A stretch of DNA of 63,729 nucleotides, counting the filler, from Octopus bimaculoides (Eukaryota): assembly GCF_001194135.2 (NCBI RefSeq). It is 6 parts of 6 records of this genome, joined end to end, with 100 filler letters (N's around TTAATTAATTAA, not from the genome) between each part and the next. Parts side by side here need not be neighbours in the genome. Positions count along the whole stretch, not along the records: positions 42,268 to 62,168 come from NC_068982.1; 5 more parts are not named here. One strand, written 5' to 3'. The notes below the pieces were generated by a model. That model was not told the DNA's origin. It was given only the letters and a program-made list of their open reading frames with translations, and searched no databases. Positions 42,815 to 56,314 of the stretch are shown piece by piece (the first letter of the stretch is position 1; every line of letters starts with the position of its first letter). The position numbers and the translations under genes were made by a program.

Positions 42815-43282
42815 TATGTTATCAATCAGTTTCATTTTTGTATTTCTTGTCAATAGAGAAAGAGCCGGACTCTAACATAGATTCAAGGCTTCTTCATTGA
42901 AACTTTTATCAACATCATCTAGGTATTTGTGCATATNNNNNNNNNNNNNNNNNNNNNNNNNNNNNNNNNNNNNNNNNNNNNNNNNNNNNNNNNNNNNNNN
43001 NNNNNNNNNNNNNNNNNNNNNNNNNNNNNNNNNNNNNNNNNNNNNNNNNNNNNNNNNNNNNNNNNNNNNNNNNNNNNNNNNNNNNNNNNNNNNNNNNNNN
43101 NNNNNNNNNNNNNNNNNNNNNNNNNNNNNNNNNNNNNNNNNNNNNNNNNNNNNNNNNNNNNNNNNNNNNNNNNNNNNNNTTTACAGTTCCAGTCATGGCT
43201 TGAATCCGTAGTCTTCTAATCAGCTTTTTTCTTTCAGGTTTTGAGAACCCTAATTTTTCCAGGTTTTTGTTGAGGCATAAGT
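42815..43282 (-). mobile_element. LINE 3' end related to family L-A (spans an assembly gap)
   Basis: Minus strand LEKLGFSKPERKKLIRRLRIQAMTGTV plus 3' UTR; (TACA)n on both flanks. Confidence 0.7.
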
Positions 43283-43994
43283 ATGTTTGTATGTATGTAT
43301 GTATGTATGTATGTATGTATGTATGTATGTATGTATTTATGCATGCATGTATGCATGTATATATGTATGTATGTATATATGCATTATATATGTATGTATA
43401 TATGTATGTACCTACCTACATGTATGTATAGATGTATGTACCTACCTACATGTATGTATAGATGTATGTACCTACCTACATACAAATACACACGCACTCG
43501 CACACACAATATACAATTTTTGGTGCTGATGAATACAACTCAAATTGTCGTGTCTGTGATGTAGGAAGAATTTGGCGTCTCACTTTGGATCTCAAGCATG
43601 GCATGACAGGAAGTGTCAGGGTTGTATCTGGATGCAATGTTTTGTTGAAGGTTAAGAAAGAATGAAGGGTATACAAGGAAGTGTGTCTACTAGTTAGTGT
43701 CGGCGGCGTGAACAACATTGGAAATGACGTCGACGATAACAATAACAACTTCAACGATGACAACAGAAACTAGAATAACAACCGTTGCAACAGCAATAAC
43801 ATCAGCTATGGAACTGTAACGGCCATAATAACAATAATGGTGGAAACATCGACCATGGCAGTGATAAAACAACTAAAACGTTAACAATAGCGACAAGAAG
43901 ACGGTTAAAGTAAACAGTAAATACTGTTAAGTCTATATCATTAACATTGATGACAATGACAAAAGAAAAAGCAGAAATCACATTAAGAGTTTTT

Positions 43995-44327
43995 TTTAAA
44001 AGGAGCACTCCGTCGATTACGACGACGAGGGTCCCAGCTGATCCGATCAACGGAACAGCTTGCTCGTGAAATTAACGTGCAAGTGACTGAGCAATCTACA
44101 GACACGTGTACCCCTAACGTAGTTCTCAGGGAGACTCAGCGTGACACATAGTGTGACCAGGCCGGCCCTTTGAAATACAGGTACTACTGATTTTTGCCAG
44201 ATGAGTGGACTGGAGCAACGTGAAATAAAGTGTCTTGCTCAAGCACACAACGCGTCGCCAGGAATCGAACTCACGACCTTCCGATCGTGAGCCGAATGCC
44301 CTAACCACTTAGCCACGCGCCTTCACA
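43995..44327 (-). mobile_element. tRNA-derived SINE, family C, near full length
   Basis: Minus strand head gaaggcgcgtggctaagtggttagggcattcggctcacgatcggaaggtcgtgagttcgattcctggcg with clear A and B boxes; a partial copy lies at 48865-49110. Confidence 0.85.
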
Positions 44328-45083
44328 AGAGTTTTTTTAATTGCTTTGTTAAAACTGCGGTTATAACAACAGGCGCAGTAGAGCACAGTCAGCCGTCACT
44401 CGCTAGCCAGTGTATTTTGGTAACATGTCCCATGTTTTCGTTAAAAGATTTAGTTGTCTATGTAGTCGCGAACAGACATAGACAACTTCTCCACTCACCT
44501 GCCTTTACTTAACAGCACATCCAAATTGTGACAGGTGAAGCGGGAAAGATCTGTATCAGCGTCTGGCTGATACTCACTGATGGCTACGTAGGCTGAGGCA
44601 AGGTGAAATAAGTGCCTCGCTTTAGGACTCAATGCGCTGCTCGGCCCAGGAATTGAAGCTGTTACCTTATAATCGTGAATCGAATACCCTAACCACTGTA
44701 TGCGCTTTCACGACAGCCGTAGTAACAACAGCAATAATAGCGACAACTGCGGCAAACAATATTCATTTCTACTCTACGAACAAGACTCGAAATTTTGGGG
44801 GAAGGAGCCAGTCGATTAGATCGACCCAGTACGTAACTGGTACTTAATTTGTCGACCCTAAAAGGATGAAAGGCAAAATCGACCTCGGCGGAATTTGAAC
44901 TCAGAACGTAAAGACAGGCGAGCAGCAAAACAATATTAATTACTCAATAGGTGAGTGAAACATCTATTTAACTTCTCAACCATTTTAATATAGCAGAAAA
45001 ACAGTCCCTCAACAGAATCTGCTCGTTTGAAAATACTTTGAGATGCTTGAGCCAGAAGTGTTTTTTTTTTTTTTTCTTTTTTA

Positions 45084-45951
45084 TGAGTTTGGGCTTTATG
45101 ACAATTTGAGCCAGAACTGATACGGATTTTTTCGGATTCCAAAATGATTGTATATTTAGGTCTATAAAATGGGACAGCTTTAGACCCAAGTCTAAAGCTG
45201 TCCTAATCATTAGTATAGCTTATACATATTGATTTCAAATTTTGGCACAAGACCAGTAATTCCAGGGAAGTAGGTAAATTGATTACATCGACCCCAGTGC
45301 TAAACTAGTGCTTATTTCATCGATCATGAAAGGATGAAAGGCGGAATTTAAACTCAGAATGCAAAGACGGACGAACTGCCACTAAGCAATTTTCCCGGCG
45401 TGCTAACATATACAGCTTATATATATTACATAAACGTAATTTGATAAAAGTTTGGTGTGAGTTCAGTTTCGCTAAACAAGTAACAGTTTCATCTTAGAAA
45501 CATTACGTTTTTCATCAAAACAAATTCGACTTTACACTTACCTTCTTGTGGTCAACCACATAAAACAATTCACACACCACTTTCGCTTTTTACACAGTTT
45601 TATCCTCATGTACAACACTATATTTTTTAATATCTTTCCGAATGTTCCATTTGCAGTTTCTGTCAATCAAGACATTTTCGTATTTCGGAATTCCGGATAC
45701 AGGATTACCAGCTATTATTTTTCAAATTGGGACAAGATAAACAGAAAATTAACTTCTACATAGTCACTCTCTCTTCCCAATGTAATGGGCAGATCTCACT
45801 CAAGTTATATTAACGNNNNNNNNNNNNNNNNNNNNNNNNNNNNNNNNNNNNNNNNNNNNNNNNNNNNNNNNNNNNNNNNNNNNNNNNNNNNNNNNNNNNN
45901 NNNNNNNNNNNNNNNNNNNNNNNNNNNNNNNNNNNNNNNNNNNNNNNNNNN

Positions 45952-45992
<41 letters not shown>

Positions 45993-46437
45993 GTCGCAAT
46001 CTATATATATATAGCTCGCAATCTTGTCTTTTACCACTTTTACAATCACAGCTTGGAAAGAGCCGGGTTTTTTCGGTTTGAAATTTCCTAATCCTCTGTA
46101 TGAAGACAAAGTTTTCAGTGATATCTCTGGTACCTAAGGTATTGTTTACATTCACCTCCACCGGATAGATATCTCAGCAACATTCTTTAATCACTTGGTA
46201 GATATGGAGTTGCGTCCTTTTCTATGTATCCAGTCGTCCTACGAAGGTTTATACGTCACTTGAAAGTTTTATTCTATATCACCTTCAGTTGAACCTATCA
46301 ATTTCACTAAATGAATAATGATTTTTAGACTTGGGTCTAAAGCTGTCCCATTTCATAGACCTAAATATGCAATCATTCCGGAATCTGACAAAAATCTGTA
46401 TCAGTTCTGGCTCAAATTGTCATAAACCCCAAACTCA
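45084..46437. repeat. Long inverted repeat pair (about 113 bp arms) enclosing about 1.1 kb
   Basis: 45084-45196 is the reverse complement of 46324-46437 at roughly 90% identity; the left arm ends in a perfect 14-bp hairpin (45172-45203). Confidence 0.85.
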
Positions 46438-46618
46438 AATCTCCTATCATTTCTACAATGCCATACTTCCGTCTCTAGACATAGTATTAACCATTGTGAG
46501 AAACACTTCCTTTCAATAATTTCAACTCTGGAACTCTCTCTTGATCTGTGTTCCCCATTCGACATCTTAACTCCAAAAGTTCAAATTGAATATGAATCAT
46601 TTTAATATTACTCAATCT

Positions 46619-46830
46619 CAAGGCGACGAACTGGCAAAATCGTTACCGCGCCGGGCAAAATGCTTAGCGGCATTTGGTCGTCTTCACGTTCTGAGTTCAA
46701 ATCCCGTTGAGGTTCACTCTGCCTTTCATCCTTTCGAGATCGATAGAATAAGTACCGGTTGAGTACCTTAGCTTGATGTAATCGACTTAGTCCCTTTCCT
46801 GAAGTTGCCGGCCTAGTGCCAAAATCCCAA
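46619..46830 (+). mobile_element. SINE family A (plus strand)
   Basis: aaggcgacgaactggcaaaatcgttaccgcgccgggc...gagttcaaatccc. Confidence 0.8.
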
Positions 46831-47239
46831 ATTAATATTACTTAATCTCTGTATTGAGCAAAATGAAAATGCTTACGAGAGCTTGCAAAGGCTATCAGCC
46901 CCCCACCAACGCCATTACTATTACTTTCATCATCATAATCATTTCAATCAACGTCAGCATTGAAATCTCAGTCAACATCTCTACCATGCTATCACAACAA
47001 GCGTATCAACGTCCCCGCACAAATGCCATTAGATGCATCATTCCAAGGCCATTCCTGATAAGGTCAATACTTTTAAAACCTTTACTATCCTCTCATCTCC
47101 ATCAGAGGAGATAGCGATAGTGTCATCTATGTGATTACTCAACCTGCTAGAAAGAGCAGTCAAATCTCCTTTAAATTACATCCAATCATCTTTAGAAAAG
47201 CAAAGATACATTTTATATCGTTTGGGATATACTCTGTTT

Positions 47240-47243
<4 letters not shown>

Positions 47244-47277
<34 letters not shown>

Positions 47278-47306
47278 GGATAGATAGATAGATGGATAGA
47301 TAGATG

Positions 47307-47337
<31 letters not shown>

Positions 47338-47350
47338 GGATAGATAGATG

Positions 47351-47385
<35 letters not shown>

Positions 47386-47413
47386 GGATAGATAGATAGA
47401 TAGATAGATAGAC

Positions 47414-47460
<47 letters not shown>

Positions 47461-47469
47461 GAGAGATAG
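47244..47469. repeat. (TAGA)n/(TGGA) microsatellite
   Basis: Direct reading; similar arrays at about 37395-37470 and 61875-61940. Confidence 0.95.
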
Positions 47470-47874
47470 AAGGAGAGGAGGAGGTGAGAAAGAGGAAGAG
47501 GAAGAGAGAGGCTGGGTGGTAAAATAAAAAAAAGGGCTGGAACAGGCCAAAGCATGAAAAGTCTGTGAAAAAACAAACAAGAGAAAGAACAAAATGGTAA
47601 CAGAGTTAACAGCAAATACAAAAATAAAAAAAGAAAGAAAAAAAGCACTTACAAATTCTACCCAAGAATGGTTTAGCTTTCGCGAAGAAATAAAACTATT
47701 TCTGTAGCAAGACAATTATGACATAGAAGGAGACTGGGGAACTGTTTAAAATAGGGATTTTTTGGAAACGAGAATGCGCTTGTATATATATCCTAAGCAC
47801 ATTTTATAAAAACAAAGATTAACTGCACGCTACGAACACAGAAGGAGGGCAGGTTAATGTTTGGAAAACCTCCC

Positions 47875-47958
<84 letters not shown>

Positions 47959-48375
47959 TTGCTATCTGGTATTCGAGTGTACATTCTAATTACATTTTAT
48001 ACAAATAAACACTTCACTAATTAATAAGAGAAGCTAAATTGGGAAACTGGAAGAACGCAGTATGAAAACAGTAAGAACAACAGTAATAGAGTCGAGATCT
48101 TCAAAGGGGACCAAAGCATTTGATATTATACTGCTGCACACTATTCTTTCTTTTTCTTCTTTCCCTCCTCCATTCATTCATTTATTAATTACTTCATTTT
48201 TCTCTTCCTCTTCTTCCTTCCAAGTAAAAAGAGGAACCAACGAAGCGATGTAGTTCATTACTGTAGGGCAGTGTGGGGATTGAATACTTGACGTGTGTTT
48301 TGTTAACTTGCAGTTCTGAGCTCATGACTTCCGAGGCAAACATATATGTAGATGTCAAAGCCGTGCTCCACCACC

Positions 48376-48407
<32 letters not shown>

Positions 48408-49571
48408 CCATAAAAAAGCAACAATAATAGTAGAAAGAGTAACAATTAGTGAAGGTTCCTCCCTCACGTGTTACCAGACCGAAAATCTAAAATGTGCTGA
48501 AATGAACAGACAGTTAATATAAAAAAATTGTGACATTGGAATAGTCTTCGGTCGTAACGTATAAAATAATACATCCATTTAAAGCTATACAACGTTGAAA
48601 TTTCTTAAAATGTAAAATGTAGAGGTCAAACACTCTGTGCACAGTGAGACTAAGTCACACAGTCTTATGAATTCATTTGCATTTGTAATAATCAGCTTAA
48701 GTCTAACAGAACTGTGGTTTGAGATGATAGATTTGAGAACAGAAAAGTTGAGTTTGTGATAGAGTATTGCTGAAGAGACTGAAGTATATTTGTGCAATAT
48801 AGTATTGTATAGTACAGGAAAATATTGTTACAGAATAGCATAAGTAAAGTATAAGTTAGTAACTGGCACTCTGTCAGTTTCTACGACGATGGTTCCGGTT
48901 GATCTGATCAACGGAACAGCCTGCTCGGGAAATTAACGTGAAAGTGGTTGAGCACACCACAGATACGTGTATCCTTAACGTAGTTCTAAGGGAAATTCAG
49001 TGAGACACAGAATGTGACAAGGCTGCCCCTTTGAATTACGGGTACGATTCATTTTTGCCAGATGAATGTATTGGAGCAACGTGAAATAAAGTGCCTTGCT
49101 TAAAGACACAAGTTTCTTTTTGATTGGAGTTTTAGTGTTTTATATGTGTCTCTTTCTAATACTTTGCATTTTTTCTTATAAAATAAAGGACTGCTACCTG
49201 AGAAACAAAGATTTGTCGCTGAAATATAGTTAACAACAAAAGTATAGTGTTACACTTGAATTTCAAACAAGCCTGGTATGTTTTCCCTGTTTTGTGTACA
49301 GGTTGAATTTTGGACTATTTTTGTCTAGAAATACAGTATCTTTTCTAGATACTTAAAAAGTTAGGGACTTAGCCAAGTGATCCAATGATTATGGATTACA
49401 AGTGTATAATTATAATATGGATAGAGGCAGTGTAAAATTGCAGTTGTTGACACTAGTGCACGATTTCTTATATTTGAAAGAAATTCTCACATTCGCCGGT
49501 CAGCTGACCTCATAAGTCCGTGGACTTTGTCTGCTGATCCAATCAACTACATGGGGCTTATTATGCTTGTA

Positions 49572-49799
49572 TTGGGTTGTCCGGAAAGTTCGTGCCGATT
49601 TATAGTAGCTTACCTTTCGACTTATTTGCCATGAAACCACCTCAATTCTGGGAAGAGGGTATTTTCAAGTTAAAGGAAAGATGGAGACATACTGTGCAAC
49701 AAAATAATTCATATTTGGTTGATTAAAAATGTAATGGCAAGTATTTATTGACCTTTTTCTTTCCTTTAAAAATCGGCACGAACTTTCCGGACAACCCAA
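49572..49799. mobile_element. Mariner-type MITE, 228 bp, 30-bp perfect TIRs, TA target-site duplication
   Basis: TA|ttgggttgtccggaaagttcgtgccgattt ... aaatcggcacgaactttccggacaacccaa|TA. Confidence 0.92.
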
Positions 49800-49860
49800 T
49801 ATTTAATACAAATTTTGATGGGGATATTTTACCAAAATTCCTTGTCAGAATGTATAAATA

Positions 49861-51125
49861 CTAGGTGAGTCAAAGGGGTTTTTTTTTTTTTTGATTTTCA
49901 CTGATGATTTTTGGCAACTTGTATTTCCATGTTATATTAATTTGTTACAACTTCTCATCCAATCGTTGTTGAATTGTTTATTATTCATTTTTATATATAA
50001 CATATAAACGTTAACTGTTTAATCTTTGTTTTACAGCTTTGATAATGAGTGGTGAAAAAATTGCAATTGGAACCATTTTACGCTACCTGTGGGAAAAAGG
50101 ACCGAGTGCAAGGGCAGCAGCAAAAGAAATTAATGATGTGGAAAACCCAGGAACTGTCAACGAACGTGTGGCACAAAACTGGTTCAGACGTTTCAAGGAA
50201 GGTGACACCAGGCTAGGAGACAAACCGAGGTTAGGGAGGCCTCCTGTTGTGGAAAATGAGGCTTTGTTTGAAATGGCTGAATAACAGCCCAACACAAGCA
50301 CTCGTACATTGTCAGTAGAATTTGGTCCCTCACAAAGCACAATATATCGACACCTCTATAAAGTCAGCTTTATGAGCCGACGCTGTCGAGAAGCTCCTCA
50401 TGAACTGACCAATGACCAGGCTCAACGACATGTGAACATTAGCAAACAACTGTTGGAAAATCCTCGGGATGCTCGTTTTTGGCGTCGAATTGTAACTGGG
50501 GGATGAAAAATGGATCTATTTTCATGATCCTAATTAGAAATCAGTGGCTTCGTTCCGGTCAGAATTCAGAACCTGTTGTCAAACAAAAGCAGTTTGAACA
50601 GAAAGGCATGTTGTCTGTTTGGTGGAATTTCAAGGGGTAGTTGCTCTTCGATATTCCTGTGAACGCTAGCCTTTATGCTCAGCAACTGTAGCTAGTATAT
50701 GATGATTTGAAAGCCCGCTGCTCGGCATTAGCCAATCGAAGATGCGCACTCACACTGCATGACAACGCCCCAGTACACATTGCCAATATGACCAAACGCA
50801 AACTCTTGGAACTTGCTGGGCTGGAAATGCTGCCTCACCCTACCTACAATCCACACCTTACACTTTCAGATTACCACCTTTTCCGAGCCATGGCTTATTT
50901 CCAGCAAGAATAGAGGTTCATCAATATGGATGAGGTTGGAAATAGGTGCAAGGAGTTTTTTGCCTCTAAACCAGCCAGATGGCATAAGCGTGAAATTGAG
51001 TTTCTGGTGCAGTGGTGGCAACAGACAATATGATGGAATATATTTTGGTGAATAAACGCTTTTCGTGCGTAATTTGTTTGAACTATTAAAGCTTGAAATA
51101 CGAAAAGATTTTTGACACAATCTGG
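49861..51125 (+). mobile_element. Full-length decayed mariner (DD34D-type) transposon
   Basis: Imperfect TIRs (ctaggtgagtcaaa / tttgacacaatctgg) flanked by TA, enclosing a disrupted transposase. Confidence 0.8.
50045..51055 (+). pseudogene. Mariner transposase pseudogene
   Basis: HTH (NERVAQNWFRRFKEGD...RLGRP), WVPHEL-like EAPHELT, IVTG(D)EKW, LHDNAPVH, YSPDL-like HPTYNPHLTLSDYHLF; internal stops and frameshifts. Confidence 0.9.
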
Positions 51126-52199
51126 TATATTTATTTTCAGAAATATTTTTATATTTTTCCAGGGCAGTGATTCCTGTAGATGGCACGATGTATTGTTTTT
51201 CTAATGATATACCACATAGGGGTTAATACCGCGAGAACATCTTGGGTCAGATGTTGATCACGTGTCTAAAATTTGCTGCAGATATGTGATAAATATTTTG
51301 GAATCTATAAACTCCCACGAGGTCTGCAAAATTTTGAATCGTGATGTAATGACACAAATTCGAGAGAGTTTACTCCAGGTGTCATAGGTTACCGTGGAAC
51401 AATATCAGGAACTGAGTATGACTTGAGAAGTTCATCCCGCTCCCATTTAAAAGATGTTACATAACGTTTGTGCATTTTACTGAGGTATTTTGTCTAGCCA
51501 TTGCAGTTCAACAAATGTTACCTGGATTATACTATACGACATTCAAATGCTGTCAGGATTGATTTTCAAGCCTCTTCCACTATTGTTTCTTCTGTGATTT
51601 CTGAGGAAATTTTCAGTAGATGTAAGGCTGTAATATCTATGAAATGGATTTCCTCTATAGCCTACACATGTATCTCGAATGTTGCTACAATAGTAGTACT
51701 TCGAATGCATTGTGGGATATTGTTTGTAAGAGGGAAGCTCTGCCATATTTTTTAAACATGTGGTAAAATTCTCTTTGGTTATTCCATTTTTATCCATTGC
51801 GTCTTTATATGAAACATACATATATGTTCCTTCACTTTTTACATTTATCTGGTTTTCAACAGATAAATAAAAGCTTCTTCGCTACAATTTTGGTAACAAT
51901 AACGATAATTTTATATACTGAATTTTGGAAAAGTTTTGCAAATTCTTACTGTTCCACTTATTGACTGTCTCTGTGAAATGCGTGCATGTATGATTTTGCT
52001 ATGAGTTTTATTTAAGTTCTTGAGACAGTACGAGGTGGTCGCGAACAAAACAACAAAACTTTTTGAGTTAAGAGAGTTCTCGGTGCTTGTAAAAACGTGG
52101 TTGAGCTGGTGTGTTGGCTGAAGTGTTGATGCATACATCGAAGTGTTTACATCTATTCACGTAAGAATCTCAGCTGTAGAATTTTTAGAAAATCTTACA

Positions 52200-52380
52200 A
52201 ATCTTCACTGTGCCACTAATGGATTAAATTTAGAGAATCCACTTCAGTTTCTGTTGCTCTTTTTCTTTGAAACCGAGTATTTCTACATTTTTGCACAAAT
52301 TTGTTAGTACATTACCTAATACATCTATGATGACAGGTACAAATGAGAATTCATAGTCAGGGAACAAAAGCTGTAAGATC
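52200..52380 (-). mobile_element. Divergent RLE-LINE C-terminal fragment related to family L-A
   Basis: ILQLLFPDYEFSFVPVIIDVLGNV...VEILGF parallels LQLLYPDYKF..VIIGALGYV...LEKLGF at 26556-26660. Confidence 0.65.
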
Positions 52381-53990
52381 CACGTATGTATGTATGTATG
52401 TATGTATGTATGTATGTATGTATGTATGTATGTGTGTCTGTATGTATGTATGTGTGTGTATGTATGTATATATGTATGTATGTATGTATGTGTGTGTATG
52501 TATATATGTATGCATGCATGCATGTATGTATGTATGTATGTATGTATGTGTGTCTGTATGTATGTGTGTATGTATGTATGTATGTATGTATGTATGTGTG
52601 TGTATGTATGTATGTGTACGTATGTATGTATGTATGTATTTATGTATGCATGCTTGTATGAATGTATGTATGCATGCATGCAAACATGTATGAATGTATT
52701 CATGCATTCATGCATGCGTGTATCCATGTACGATTTNNNNNNNNNNNNNNNNNNNNNNNNNNNNNNNNNNNNNNNNNNNNNNNNNNNNNNNNNNNNNNNN
52801 NNNNNNNNNNNNNNNNNNNNNNNNNNNNNNNNNNNNNNNNNNNNNNNNNNNNNNNNNNNNNNNNNNNNNNNNNNNNNNNNNNNNNNNNNNNNNNNNNNNN
52901 NNNNNNNNNNNNNNNNNNNNNNNNNNNNNNNNNNNNNNNNNNNNNNNNNNNNNNNNNNNNNNNNNNNNNNNNNNNNNNNNNNNNNNNNNNNNNNNNNNNN
53001 NNNNNNNNNNNNNNNNNNNNNNNNNNNNNNNNNNNNNNNNNNNNNNNNNNNTACGTATATATGTATGTATGCATGTATGAATATATGTATGAATGCATGT
53101 ATGAATGCATGTATGTATGTATGTATGTATGTATGTATGTATGTATGTATGTATGTATGTATGTATGTATGTGGGCCGGTTTGTCTGCTCGTGAGTGTGT
53201 ATTTCTGTACAAAATATCTTCCCGTCCTTGTGTATACGTGATTCGTGTAGAAAGATCGTGTTTTAAATACTTTTGTGTAAATAATCAAGCTGTAATTGCA
53301 CGCTTGGAATCACTTCTGGTGTGTTCCTCTTGTTTCTGTTGTTATTGTGGTTGCTGTTCGTGGTTTCTGGTGTTATAGCATTTGTGGTGTAGTTTTTTTA
53401 AAAGTTTTTTTTTTATCAATAATGTTGTTGTTAGTGTTATTGTAGTTGTTGAAAGTATAAGAGACGTTGTAGGTGATGGTGATTGTGGTGGTGGTGGTAG
53501 CGACGATATTCATGTTATTGTGGCCTCCTCCTCCTCCTCCTCCGCCGCCACCGCCACCGCCGCCGTCGTCTGCTTCCTTCCAGAACTCTTTCGTTATTGT
53601 TTGTTTTGATATAATTGCTCAGCCCGTCTGACCCTTTAGAAGTATTTCCTAGAAATAATTGCTTAAGCATCAGATATTTCACACCTCGATTAAGGTACCC
53701 TGGGTGGATTTCTGGGTTCACGCAGAACAAAATTCCCTGTAATTAATTGTTTTACTCTTTACATACAGAAACTAGTAATATATCGCACGAGTACGCGCGC
53801 GCGCGCACGCACGCACACATACACACACGGAACTAATGTATATATTACTTATGTACAACAGCATGTATACACGCAGACATATACAGACATATACAAAATT
53901 ACATGCCTCTTTTGCAAACGAACAAACACATACGTATGTTTATATTATGGATGTGAGATATACACACATGCATACACACATACATATTTA

Positions 53991-54029
<39 letters not shown>

Positions 54030-54084
54030 ACACACACGCACACACACACACACACACATAATATATATATCGATTCCTTTATTT

Positions 54085-54525
54085 CCCACAGAGGGCTAAA
54101 CATAGAGAGGACATACAAGGACAGACAAAGGGATTAAGTCGATTGCATCGACCCCAGTGCGTGACTGGTACTTATTTAATCGAACCCGAAAGGATGAAAG
54201 ACAAAGTCGACCTCGGTGGAATTTGAACTCAAAACGTAACGGCAGACGAAATTCATGTTTCAAGAGATTTATAAAGAAGTCGGTGAAAATGACAAAAGTA
54301 TATCCAGAATATTGGTTTCACATTTTGGCAGGAGGCCGGCATTTTCGGGGGAGGGGATCAAGTCGATTACATCGACGCCAATATTTCTTTGGTACTTATT
54401 TTATCAACTCCGAAAGGATGACAGGCAAAGTCGACCTCGGCGGAATTTGAACTCAGAACGTAACGGCAGACGAAATACCCCGAAGCATTTCGCCCAGCGT
54501 GCTAACGTTTCTGCCAGTTCGCCGC
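54085..54525 (-). mobile_element. Two tandem family A SINE copies
   Basis: gtcgacctcggtggaatttgaactc (about 54207) and gtcgacctcggcggaatttgaactc (about 54430). Confidence 0.8.
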
Positions 54526-56261
54526 GTCATACATCCAGAATATTGATATGCTAGATATATGATGCTTAAATCTATTTAAAATATTACCAAATTTATACAA
54601 ATCGAAACACTCAGTTACTCCAACATTAAGTTCCATAGAGCGACGCACAGTATTATTCTTTGTATTTTTCATTAATTTCTTTCATAAATCCTCTTGTAAA
54701 TGGAAAATTTCATGTCAGATACTTCAATTCAGCTTTAATTTTAACTCGTGTAAGTTGGTTTTAAAGCCGTTTTACTATCAAATTTTAATATTTAGGTGAA
54801 CTTACCATCGTAAATATTTTTAGAACGAGACTGTTTTGTGACTGAATAATTTTTTTTTTTCTGGCTCTTATACCTTTCTAGTTGTCTCCGCTAAAAATGT
54901 ATTCCGAGTCCGTACCAATGTAAGAAATGATAATGATGATGACGATGACGACGACAGCGGCGGCAAAAAGCGACAACGACGACGACAACAACAACAACAA
55001 CAACAACAACAATAATAATAATAAGAGCAGCAGCAGCAGCAACAACAATAACAATAATAATCTTCATCATCGTTTTCGTCATATACATCATTATCAACGT
55101 CATTACTTTCGGGAGTATACATCTGTTTATTGGAAACTTTTTCTGATTTAACTCATAGAATCTAAATTAAAAAGTTCGCCCCTGCTATTTCTTACTCAAA
55201 TGGAAGAAGAGCAATTAAAGAGTTGCTTCATGCAGTAAATGCCGGTACGAAGTTCGGTTTGAAACGATCAAAATTAGAGTGATGACTCATGCGTACATCG
55301 TCTGCAGCGTAGAAGAGAGACAATTTACTCGACTGCATCAAACGACATTTTGCTGCTCACTCTGCTTTGCTTCTTCAAAAGGCGCCGCCAATATATGTTT
55401 AGAATTGAAAATAATAAGTTGAAGAATGTGGAAAAGAGGGAAAGAAGGAAGGAAGGAAGGATGAAGAAAGAATGAGAACAAGAAACAAACAAGCGAGCGA
55501 ATCTGATTAAGCGCCAACTGACCGCTTAGTGACCTTAATTTTAAATATATTAACACACTTGCCAGTGGCGACATTTCTACAATATTATCAACTCGAACTA
55601 CCTCTCACAGACATATATGCACACACAAGTACATACACACAGATACTACATCACATACACAGACACATATTTATCTATTTCTTCTAAACTCTCCTCCTTC
55701 TTTTTTTTTTTTTTTCAACCCACTAACCCTCACCGTTTTCGTTCCGTTACCCCCGTTTCATTGGAAGTGCTGTGAGCGAATTACTAATAAGCCCTTACAG
55801 ACTATCAACTGACGTAAATACGTTTCCGATTAGCAAACGTAATTATTTCTCAGTTACTTCCCCTTGTTTTATTTGCGTACGATCCAAAAACAGAAGGTCA
55901 GGACTTCGTAGAACTAATTGCCTCCACTCAAATACTACTTCAATATGATCGATACGTAATTAACTTCACTTTTATTCGACGTAAAATGGTTTATTCCATC
56001 AAGCTACAATTTTGTTTCTCTCTTTGCTTCCTCCTCTCAAACCAAAATTGAAAAATTTACTTTTATGAATATTTTTCTCGGCAAGCAAAGTTTGATTACT
56101 TTACACAGTGATTGAAGAAACATTCCTACCTAGAGAATGCGTTATTATAGCTGTAAGGTGTTCCTGGTCGGTCGAGCTATTTCAGATGTAAAGATATTCA
56201 ATCTTGGCAGCCTTTGATTAGATTTTGAATTACCGATATATAGAATTTCAAAACCTTTTTT

Positions 56262-56314
<53 letters not shown>

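Noticed and set aside
44255-44327. tRNA gene-like sequence
   Set aside because: It is the head of a family C SINE, continuing into the SINE body; no complete cloverleaf established.
45542-45610. Possible first coding exon MRIKLCKKRKWCVNCFMWLTTR with a strong donor
   Set aside because: No homology or phase support, and it sits inside the inverted-repeat element.
48660-48790. LRR-like peptide TFLFSNLSSQTTVLLDLS* on the minus strand
   Set aside because: Stops in frame, no 72-nt exon geometry.
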